This document shows, piece by piece, positions 47,335-54,754 of a stretch of 54,754 bases of DNA (position 1 is its first letter; each line of letters starts with the position of its first letter). Below the pieces are notes generated by a model. That model saw nothing but the letters and a program-made list of their open reading frames with translations. It did not search any database and was not told the origin of the DNA. The DNA comes from a virus. Its lineage: Duplodnaviria > Caudoviricetes. The position numbers and the translations under genes are program-made. The stretch is from IMG/VR virus record IMGVR_UViG_3300000234_000006, positions 1 through 54,754 of that record, one strand, 5' to 3'.

Positions 47335-48801
47335 TTAGAACCAATGGTTGAGATATGACCGGTCTACGCCGTAAAGTTCAGAAATTTTGCTTCTTGAAAC
47401 GCCAATTCTGAACAAGAACTTGAAGAATTCTCGGCGAGCTAAAACTGGCTTACCATATTTTACATCACTGAAAAGTTCATAAATTGTTATTCCATATTGT
47501 TCACTTATCATAAGTTCAATTTCTTTAAAATCTTGAACAGAAAGACTCTTTTCTCTATATTTCTTGAGAATGGAATTCCGAAGCCTATGAATGCTTTGGA
47601 CATCACTCCCAACAGACTCCGAATACTCAGAGATCGACATTTCCCCTAAATCAACGTTTCGAATGAGATGGTGCTCGGATTCATCGAGTTCAACTTGACT
47701 TGTGATTTTTCTAAGATCCAAAAGTGAATCTTGGAGTTCAAAAGAACGCTGGGAATCCGGATCCTTGAAATCCAAGTCATAATTCATCGAGTCTTCATTA
47801 TAATCTTTAACAACTTCCCCGACTTCATCACCTGAAAGACCATCATTGAGAGTCGCAAAGTTAATGTCGTCCGTTCTCGCCATCTTTTTGAATTCGTTAA
47901 TGACTTCATTGGTGATAATCATCTCCGCATACTTCAAAAGACCAGCAGTAACGGAAAGTTCACGGGCAACAGGAAGGTTACGATGGTTTAGGGCACGAAT
48001 ACCAACATGGTGGGGCTTACCATCAACAATCCCAGTCCTGTCAAACTCCACCGGACCAACAGTTTCTGAAGCGGGAGAACGCATGATATAAGAAGGTGCG
48101 CAGAAAACACGGTTTGAACCCCTATAATTCCTCAAAAATGGCTTTAACTGGGAGTCGTTCCACCGGAGGCTTTGAATATTCTTAACGTTTAGAGGATTAT
48201 CCCAGTCATGGGCCAAAGAAGCCTTCATATTTCGAAGTTCAAGGCGACCGGCCTCACACATCGCACAATGGCTACCTAAGCAATTATGCTCGGTAAACTG
48301 TTTAGGTTTCAGTTTACCAATCCTATACATGGACTGAAGATAACTATATTTACCAGGCTTCCCCAAAATTTGAAGAACCTTGTCTGAATTTATGGTATGG
48401 CCTTGGGGGCTGTAAAAATATCTTTCAAAGTCGAAGTTAGCATAAAATAAGATATCTGATATCTTCCAAAGAGAAGTGTCCTTCTCAAGGTCTTTATTCT
48501 TAACACCAGAAAAAGGCTTGAGTTCAGAAGAACTCAAGATATTGAGGCCCCCCAAAATTTTTTGGGCTTCAGATCGGTCGACGAGTTCATCCGTTAAATG
48601 CTTATAAAACCATCGAGTGGTGAATTCTTTAGACAAGAGTCTGCACTTTGCAGACTGTGCGCTGTCCATAACGCGCTCTTTATTTCGCTTGAAGGTCTTG
48701 GAAACCTTTCCTACGATCCAATCATTGTACTGGACACAAAAATCCGCAGATGAATAGATCGGAATACAGTAGTATTTCACTTGAGAAACTCCATGCAGCA
48801 C
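47335..48801 (-). CDS. Sigma-like protein with large insertion and C-terminal DnaA domain IV-like HTH
   Basis: QYNDWIVGKVSK..MDSAQ (region 2.1-2.2-like), KYAEMIITNEVINEFKK (2.3-2.4-like), LDESEHHLI..MSISEYSESVG (region 4-like), ISEQYGITIYELFS..VLARR..SRSKISELYG.DRS. Confidence 0.5.
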   Translation of the reverse strand: MLHGVSQVKYYCIPIYSSADFCVQYNDWIVGKVSKTFKRNKERVMDSAQSAKCRLLSKEFTTRWFYKHLTDELVDRSEAQKILGGLNILSSSELKPFSGVKNKDLEKDTSLWKISDILFYANFDFERYFYSPQGHTINSDKVLQILGKPGKYSYLQSMYRIGKLKPKQFTEHNCLGSHCAMCEAGRLELRNMKASLAHDWDNPLNVKNIQSLRWNDSQLKPFLRNYRGSNRVFCAPSYIMRSPASETVGPVEFDRTGIVDGKPHHVGIRALNHRNLPVARELSVTAGLLKYAEMIITNEVINEFKKMARTDDINFATLNDGLSGDEVGEVVKDYNEDSMNYDLDFKDPDSQRSFELQDSLLDLRKITSQVELDESEHHLIRNVDLGEMSISEYSESVGSDVQSIHRLRNSILKKYREKSLSVQDFKEIELMISEQYGITIYELFSDVKYGKPVLARREFFKFLFRIGVSRSKISELYGVDRSYLNHWF

Positions 48802-48887
48802 AAAGTGCTGACTTACGGGTTTTTGCGAATCCGTTCAATCAAGAACGAGATGTAAGAAAAAAGCATAAAAGGTTTAAAATCGCAAGA

Positions 48888-49118
48888 TTAAGATTTACGA
48901 CTCCATTCTATGTATTGAACCAAACCTTCAGGAACATACTTTAACTTACAGTGTGTGATTTGATATAATCCCTTGATTTTATGTCTTTCACTTTTAGGAT
49001 CTGAAAAATCAGGGACCTCAAAATCAAATTCCACTTCGGTTCCATTCTCCAATTTTGGGAGTTCCATGGAAAATTCTATATGTCTTTTGATGCTTTTGAA
49101 AACGCTGTAGGTCTTCAT
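48888..49118 (-). CDS. Hypothetical protein
   Basis: 76 aa, AAAGGA SD upstream. Confidence 0.5.
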   Translation of the reverse strand: MKTYSVFKSIKRHIEFSMELPKLENGTEVEFDFEVPDFSDPKSERHKIKGLYQITHCKLKYVPEGLVQYIEWSRKS

Positions 49119-49818
49119 GATGGTCCTTTGAGGGGATAAAAACGTTTTTGCTTTTCAATCATTCCCGTGAGGGAAACATTTCTTTTTCTTTTAAGCCGCT
49201 CCCCTGAATCAGGGGTTCAAAATGCTTTTTCTTTTTAAGTCACCTTTTCAGGTGAAACACCTTTTTATTCACTTTTGGATTTGATTTACTACTTTTGAAT
49301 TTACTGATGATGCTTTTGGTTCTGAATTTACTATTTCTACTGGGTTTACTACTGTGACTTCTGATTCTACTACTTGAAACGTTGATTCTGAAACTTCTAC
49401 TACCTTAAATTCTAAATCTTCTACTAAATACTCTGTATTTACTTGAAGCTTTGTATGATGAAAAATCAGTAGGGGAGTTAGGGGGAGGAAAGGGGGAGGA
49501 AGTGTTTGTTTTTTTGAAAAAAGAACAAGATCAGGATCGAAAATCTTTTGAAAATTTAGGATCTAAAGATCCTCAATTTTTTGATCTAAAAAGTGGATCT
49601 TAAAAAGATCCTTTAGATCCGTCCAAAGAAGAGAAAGAACTTTGTGGAAAGTTCTGATCTTTCTCTCTTTTCAAAAGAAGGTCTTCCAAGTTCAAAGACT
49701 GCCGTCCCAAATGGGAAAAAGATCTTTAAGAGTATCCACTTTCTTAAGAGATCTTTCGAAGGATTAACCTTCCGTTCCTGGTTCTTGCAATAACACTATA
49801 CAACGAAAAAAGAAGACC
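49119..49818. other. Large non-coding region at strand switch; candidate replication origin
   Basis: No ATG-started ORF; hairpin array, TACT-rich strand-biased tract, G-run tract 49472-49499, 11 GATC sites in 49529-49753. Confidence 0.45.
49124..49255. repeat. Array of four short hairpins at ~39-bp period separated by T-rich spacers
   Basis: Stems start at 49124 (TCCTT-TGA-GGGGA, wobble), 49162 (TTCCC-GTGA-GGGAA), 49201 (CCCCTGA-A-TCAGGGG), 49240 (TCACCT-TTTC-AGGTGA). Confidence 0.65.
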
Positions 49819-50547
49819 GTGATCATGAATGATGAAAGAAATGAACTGATAAAAGAAGCGATTAAACGAATTTGTAGCAAAAGTGATAAAGATTATTGGG
49901 AAAAGTTCCTTAAAGAAATAGTTAATAATAATGTGATACCTGAAGAATTATTACAACATGTTCCCATAAAGTCTGCATTGATCAAGAAAACAAGATTTGA
50001 TCAACTTTATGATGCATGTATGGAGTTAGCTTTCCCAGATTATGACCCTGAAAACATTAAAAAATTGGTGTCTGATGTAAGTAATAGTAAGATAAAAATA
50101 TGGAGGGTTGTTTTTCCTGAAAAGTTTGGAATAACAAATGTTCTCATAAGAGCGGAGTCATATCAACAGGCCTTTGCACTTGCATGTGATTATGGATGCC
50201 GTGTGTCACTTAGAATGTTCAAGAAAATTCCTAGTGATCTGACCATAAGAGTGATGTTTTTAAGTGACCAAGCCATACGTCGTTACCTTAAAATCAGATG
50301 GTCCAACAGAACCAATAAGAGAAAGAAAATGCAAATGGAGGCACGCACATTCACAGATAAACAAATTTATGGCGCAAGATTGGCGGCCATGGGCCATCCA
50401 CAATCTGACATGTATTCAATAGTGAAGTATTCAGAAATGAAAGATCTTAGAAGGATAAGAGAGAACTTTTCATCCCAAAGAGATACGAAGGTGGAATCCG
50501 AAACATATAAGAAAGACTCACCTCCTTTGACAAAGGAAGACCTTTAA
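49819..50547 (+). CDS. Hypothetical protein
   Basis: 242-aa basic ORF, first gene of the plus-strand block. Confidence 0.6.
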   Translation: MIMNDERNELIKEAIKRICSKSDKDYWEKFLKEIVNNNVIPEELLQHVPIKSALIKKTRFDQLYDACMELAFPDYDPENIKKLVSDVSNSKIKIWRVVFPEKFGITNVLIRAESYQQAFALACDYGCRVSLRMFKKIPSDLTIRVMFLSDQAIRRYLKIRWSNRTNKRKKMQMEARTFTDKQIYGARLAAMGHPQSDMYSIVKYSEMKDLRRIRENFSSQRDTKVESETYKKDSPPLTKEDL

Positions 50548-50689
50548 AGTTTTTCAAGCTATATAAGTAGCCATTTGAGTCTTAAAAAACGAAGAAAACC
50601 CAAAGAAAGCCAAGAAAGACACTATGGTTTTTACCTTTCTTTAAAATTCAAGAAGCCCCAACAGGTATACTCAGATAAACATTCTTCGA

Positions 50690-50697
50690 TGTAAAGT
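50690..50697 (+). promoter_or_regulatory. TGTANNNT promoter-like motif (representative copy; 14 copies listed in findings)
   Basis: TGTAAAGT begins 13 nt before the ATG of the purZ-like gene; the same motif lies 12-15 nt before 13 other starts. Confidence 0.7.
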
Positions 50698-50702
50698 ATC
50701 GC

Positions 50703-51890
50703 ATGAATAGTGGTAAAATGAGTTTCGTAATAGATGCAATGCATGGTTCTTCCGGTAAGGGGAAAATTTCCACTTATCTTGCTGATAAGCATAGTTTTAA
50801 TGTTGTTTCTAGCGCAAACTTCCCAAACGCCGGTCATAGCGCGATTTTTGATATAGGAATTAAATTCGTTTCTAAGGCCATTCCGACTTCAGCAATTTTG
50901 AAAAAGGCGAATCATGTAAATATGACTTGCCTCATTTCGCCGGGGTCTGGTTTTAAATGGGAACAACTCATTAAAGAGTGGGTTGAGTGTGGATTTCCAA
51001 AAATCATAATTCACTCGCGCGCGTCAGTTGTTACCGACCTCCATACCCAAAGAGAGCGTGAGGGGTCAGATAGCACAAAGCATATCGCATCCACCATGCA
51101 AGGAAGTGCAACAGCTCTTTCGGATAAAATCCTGCGCCGTAAGGGACTTAAACTTGCCGGTGATTACGACCTTTTTGAAGTTTTCGATGAAATCAAGAGC
51201 CCGGACCTTGAGAATTTGAAGCTCATGTTCATGGAGCAGGTCACGGTGGTTGACGCCATGGAATTCAGGAATATAACTCATTCTTATTTGGAATCTGGAA
51301 ATAATATTCTTCACGAGGGTTCTCAGGGATATGCACTTTCCATTGATCACGGATCCCACTACCCGGCCTCAACTTCAAGAAATTGTTCGACCCAAGCTGC
51401 CATGGACTATATGGCAGTCCCCGCCTCAAAAGTCGGGGATGTTATTCTGAACCTCAGAACGTATCCAATTCGAGTAGGCAATGTTGTGGAAAATGGAGTT
51501 GTTGAAGGCTACTCCGGTGATTTTTATCCGGATTCAAAAGAACTGACTTGGGATGAGGTCGCGAAGCTTTCTGGGATGCCGGATGAGGAAGCGCAGCTTC
51601 TAACCCAAAGAGAACTCACGACGGTTACGAAGAGGCTAAGAAGAGTATCTACTTTTTCTTATGTGGGACTTGCTGACGCCGTACGAACAAATGGTGCCAC
51701 TTCTTTGTCTGTGAATTTCATTCAGTATATCAATTGGCAGGACAATAAACTTCGAGGCGGAGTTGAAGCGTTCAATAAACTTTCAAAGGAAAGCCGGAAG
51801 TTTTTGGATTCTGTTGAAAATGCTTCGGGCATTCCTGTCGTGTTGATAGGGACTGGTCCGAATCATGAAGATATTATTGATTTGACTTAA
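50703..51890 (+). CDS. purZ: PurZ-like adenylosuccinate-synthetase-family enzyme (candidate 2-aminodeoxyadenylosuccinate synthase)
   Basis: GSSGKG in place of PurA GDEGKG; PNAGH, ST..G, EGSQG..LS..HG.YP..TSR, RTYPIRV, SG..YPDS.E, TTVTK..RR, NFIQY in place of TKLD, GTGP. Confidence 0.75.
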   Translation: MNSGKMSFVIDAMHGSSGKGKISTYLADKHSFNVVSSANFPNAGHSAIFDIGIKFVSKAIPTSAILKKANHVNMTCLISPGSGFKWEQLIKEWVECGFPKIIIHSRASVVTDLHTQREREGSDSTKHIASTMQGSATALSDKILRRKGLKLAGDYDLFEVFDEIKSPDLENLKLMFMEQVTVVDAMEFRNITHSYLESGNNILHEGSQGYALSIDHGSHYPASTSRNCSTQAAMDYMAVPASKVGDVILNLRTYPIRVGNVVENGVVEGYSGDFYPDSKELTWDEVAKLSGMPDEEAQLLTQRELTTVTKRLRRVSTFSYVGLADAVRTNGATSLSVNFIQYINWQDNKLRGGVEAFNKLSKESRKFLDSVENASGIPVVLIGTGPNHEDIIDLT

Positions 51891-51915
51891 TTAACATTTT
51901 TCAATAGTTTATGAG

Positions 51916-51947
51916 TTTGCCGCGACGTGATATCTTGTCGCGGCAAA
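51916..51947 (+). terminator. GC-rich hairpin downstream of purZ-like gene
   Basis: TTTGCCGCGAC-N10-GTCGCGGCAAA. Confidence 0.6.
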
Positions 51948-51961
51948 TGTATCCTTGAAAG

Positions 51962-52279
51962 ATGAAAGATCTACCTACCGATAAACTGTTCGTTCAAATA
52001 CTTATTGAAAATAATAGACTGGTTGTTTCGAGACATCTTTTATCAATATCCAGGTCCATTAAAAATGTTAGAATTCGGGAGCTTGAACTAAATCAAAATG
52101 ATAAAAACAAAAAGCTTCAAGATATCGGTTCAATTAATAAAGATTGTAAAAAACTTTCAAATAAAGTTGGACTCCTTCTAAGGAGAATAACTACTCTTTG
52201 TGACGAAAGAGATATCATTTTGGGTAAAGAAAATGGATACTCGATAGAAGAATTAGAAGAAGTCATACAGGATGACTGA
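51962..52279 (+). CDS. Hypothetical protein
   Basis: 105-aa helical ORF preceded by TGTATCCT motif. Confidence 0.55.
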   Translation: MKDLPTDKLFVQILIENNRLVVSRHLLSISRSIKNVRIRELELNQNDKNKKLQDIGSINKDCKKLSNKVGLLLRRITTLCDERDIILGKENGYSIEELEEVIQDD

Positions 52280-52312
52280 GTTTTAAAAGTGTAAGTTCGG
52301 ATTCAAAGATAG

Positions 52313-53371
52313 TTGAAGCAAAAAATGGCAAAATACTTCCAAGAGCATAACAAAATTTTCGTTGCACCAGAAGGCGCGAAAGAAATTCACGATCATCTAC
52401 CTCCGGCACAGTATACCCTTCGGAAGGATGCTATGCAGGGTTTTTATTTAGAAAAATCTGTTGAATTTGAATTACCAAAAAAAGTTTTTGGTGACTCTGA
52501 GTTAAAAGCAAAAAGAGTTCTTAAGACTTATAATGCCGTTTCTTCTAATCTTGGTGTTCTCCTGACAGGAGAAAAAGGCTCCGGGAAGACAATGTTCTCC
52601 AAGCTCTTGTCGAAGTTTGCACTTGAACAGGGGATTGCAACCGTTATAATAAATGAGAATTTCGATAATGATCCTTCGATGGGTAAATATCTGACTGATA
52701 TTACTGATCGTTGTGTTGTTTTTTTCGATGAGTTCGAAAAAATTTTTAAATCAGACGATCAAGAACAAATCTTGACTTTGCTCGATGGTACTTATCAGTC
52801 CAACAAGCTGTTCCTTCTTACAGCTAATAATGTTTACAATATCAGTGATTATATCATGAATCGTCCGGGGCGTGCACATTATCATTTCCGTTATGGAAGT
52901 TTAGAAGAATCTTTCATTCGTGAATACTGCGAGTATCAACTTTCTGAAAAATCTTATACTGATGTTGTTGTTAGATTAGCAGGAGCAGTCGGGAAATTCA
53001 ATTTTGATATGTTACAATCAGTTGTGAGAGAATGCAACATTCACAATGAATCTCCGGAAGTTTTCCATCATTTTATGAATATTGACATGAACAAAGATCT
53101 CAAAGAGTATTCATATAAGATAACTAGAAAAGATAATAATATGAGTTTCGTGGGAGAAACAAGTATTAGTCTTGAATCTTCTTTCATTGTCACCTGGGAG
53201 TCAGGTTTGCCAAGAAATGATGAAGGATATCTACCAGTTGAATATGCAGAGTTCAAACCTTTCAATTATGTTAAATTTGATCATATTAAGGGTAGTGTTA
53301 TGTTTGAAAACAGTGGGTATTTTCTTGAGCTAAAACCGGAAAAAGAAAGACATGTTATCATGTCTTTCTGA
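52313..53371 (+). CDS. AAA+ ATPase
   Basis: Walker A GEKGSGKT, Walker B VFFDEFEK, LLDG, TAN sensor, NRPGR arginine finger. Start may be ATG 52325. Confidence 0.85.
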   Translation: MKQKMAKYFQEHNKIFVAPEGAKEIHDHLPPAQYTLRKDAMQGFYLEKSVEFELPKKVFGDSELKAKRVLKTYNAVSSNLGVLLTGEKGSGKTMFSKLLSKFALEQGIATVIINENFDNDPSMGKYLTDITDRCVVFFDEFEKIFKSDDQEQILTLLDGTYQSNKLFLLTANNVYNISDYIMNRPGRAHYHFRYGSLEESFIREYCEYQLSEKSYTDVVVRLAGAVGKFNFDMLQSVVRECNIHNESPEVFHHFMNIDMNKDLKEYSYKITRKDNNMSFVGETSISLESSFIVTWESGLPRNDEGYLPVEYAEFKPFNYVKFDHIKGSVMFENSGYFLELKPEKERHVIMSF

Positions 53372-53421
53372 GTATAAAATCTAAAATTTCCCGGTTGATT
53401 TCTAATCAAAAATGATTTCAA

Positions 53422-53889
53422 ATGACAAAATTCCAGAAAAAACACCGTCAAGCATGGGATATTTTCTGGAATTCAATATCCAATAAATCTAGTTTACCTA
53501 AAATCAGAAAAACATGGTCTTTACTTGAATCGTTCGGGACTATAGTTTGTTATGAAAATTCAGACGATAACCACATTGTAAATGTTATGAACAACTCTAT
53601 AGTTTATTCTCTAAATAATAATACTTTCGAAAGTCAAAAAGATTTAAAGAAAAAAGTTTCTAACATGTTAAGTCAGGTTTTACATTCAATAGGATACTCC
53701 ATTCCAAATATGGTCATAGAAAAATGTTTAATAGTAGAAAAACTTGATGATGATAAAAATTACATAAGTTCAGAAAATATTTTACCTCTAATTAAGCAGA
53801 TAAAATCTTCTAAAGCTGATGAACTGAAATTGAACTTAGACAAGCTGGGGGTCGATTATGTTTCTAAGTTCGATATCAACAGAAAATAA
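53422..53889 (+). CDS. Hypothetical protein
   Basis: 155-aa ORF overlapping the 3' end of the convergent gene. Confidence 0.5.
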   Translation: MTKFQKKHRQAWDIFWNSISNKSSLPKIRKTWSLLESFGTIVCYENSDDNHIVNVMNNSIVYSLNNNTFESQKDLKKKVSNMLSQVLHSIGYSIPNMVIEKCLIVEKLDDDKNYISSENILPLIKQIKSSKADELKLNLDKLGVDYVSKFDINRK

Positions 53890-54159
53890 CCTAGCGATAT
53901 CCATTTCACGATTCATTCCACTAGATATACCTAAGTCTTGATAAACCGCGATTCTGTCGCATCTCTTTAAAAATTCATGTCCTATTTTCATTCCAATTTC
54001 TCTTTCATGGGCGTTTGAATCATCAAGCACGTCAACTAAATAAGCATGGGGTGCATAAGGACATTCACCCCTTTTTATTGAGTCCTTCAAAGCAAGTTTG
54101 AGATATCTTTTGTTTTTCTCAATGTCGCCTTTGAAAGGCGAAGCAACGAATACTAACAT
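53836..54159 (-). CDS. DUF4406 / nucleoside 2-deoxyribosyltransferase-like fold protein
   Basis: VFVASPF.G..N..A..PYAPH..ER..G..LKRCD..GISSGM..E...A pattern. Confidence 0.6.
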   Translation of the reverse strand: MLVFVASPFKGDIEKNKRYLKLALKDSIKRGECPYAPHAYLVDVLDDSNAHEREIGMKIGHEFLKRCDRIAVYQDLGISSGMNREMDIARLFSVDIELRNIIDPQLV

Positions 54160-54188
54160 TCTTTACACTACTAAGTGTAAAATGTCAT

Positions 54189-54754
54189 ATGATTACAAAA
54201 AAGAGAAAAGTTTATTTCCATAAAAATTGTTCAGATGGAACAGTTTCTGCACTAGTTGCAAAATGGATGTTTGATTATATGGTGCCATATTTTTACAATA
54301 TCCACAGAATAACCCATGAAATTTCTTTCCATGAAGTTCAGTACGGAGAAAAAGATTTTGAAGAACTCGTTCCTGAAGACGGGCAAATATTCCTTGATAT
54401 AACGCCGCCAAGGGCGAGATGGGAAGAGTGGAAATCATATAAAGATATATTGTGTCTTGATCATCATATCTCCGCAAAGGATATTATAGAATATTTTAAT
54501 GATGGTGAATTCTCAGCAAATTTTTCGGGTGCGGCTTTAACCTTTCAAAAACTTATGGGGTTACTATATGAGAATAAAGATTATGAAGTTTTTAATCCAG
54601 AGTATGAATATTTGAAAGAACTTTCAAGGTTAGTCTCAATCAGAGACACTTGGAAAAAAGATTCTGAAGACTGGGAAGAAGCGGTAAAAATTTCGGAAGC
54701 CGTTCAATTTTTTGGATGGGATAATCTGAAAGATCTTGAAATTTTTGAACTTAA
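54189..54754 (+). CDS. DHH-family phosphoesterase (runs off window end)
   Basis: Not in the track; hand translation MITKKRKVYFHKNCSDG..SA..QYG..FLDI..CLDHH..SGA.L..RDTW. Confidence 0.8.
   Translation, partial: MITKKRKVYFHKNCSDGTVSALVAKWMFDYMVPYFYNIHRITHEISFHEVQYGEKDFEELVPEDGQIFLDITPPRARWEEWKSYKDILCLDHHISAKDIIEYFNDGEFSANFSGAALTFQKLMGLLYENKDYEVFNPEYEYLKELSRLVSIRDTWKKDSEDWEEAVKISEAVQFFGWDNLKDLEIFEL

Noticed and set aside
49124-49460. Possible CRISPR array in the periodic/repetitive intergenic DNA
   Set aside because: No identical direct repeats with unique spacers; no cas genes in the window.
54193-54477. 94-aa minus-strand ORF in the track
   Set aside because: Antisense to the DHH phosphoesterase frame.
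1-54754. tRNA/rRNA genes or stop-codon reassignment
   Set aside because: No cloverleaf noticed in the short intergenic gaps (tRNAscan-SE would be decisive); genes tile densely under the standard code with TAA, TAG and TGA all used as stops.

Overview
A gene-dense 55-kb segment of a large (jumbo-type) tailed dsDNA phage, mostly AT-rich with GC-richer structural genes. Most genes from 1 to ~49.1 kb are on the minus strand. The head/packaging module contains major capsid, decoration, scaffold, prohead protease, an intein-containing portal and terminase large/small subunits. The replication/recombination module contains a 5'-3' exonuclease, NusG, DnaX, HolA, HolB, a beta clamp, primase, SbcD, a half SbcC, a PD-(D/E)XK nuclease, RecD2, a split NAD-dependent ligase, thioredoxin and class II RNR. 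Three sigma-related proteins are also present. A structured ~700-bp non-coding region at the strand switch (49.1-49.8 kb) is an origin candidate, followed by plus-strand genes including a PurZ-type enzyme, an AAA ATPase and a DHH hydrolase. Most notable: (i) a PurZ-like enzyme (possible 2-aminoadenine DNA) beside a Pol III-type clamp/loader set; (ii) two endonuclease-DNA modifier fusions (HNH-methyltransferase; DUF559-Mom-like); (iii) ligA split into two divergently oriented genes; (iv) a TGTANNNT motif 12-15 nt before 14 starts lacking an obvious SD, plus hairpins that trap start codons; (v) an ECF-sigma-like protein with virion-protein hallmarks next to a sigma/DnaA-domain-IV-like fusion beside the origin candidate. 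All family calls come from motifs recognised by eye; no searches were run.
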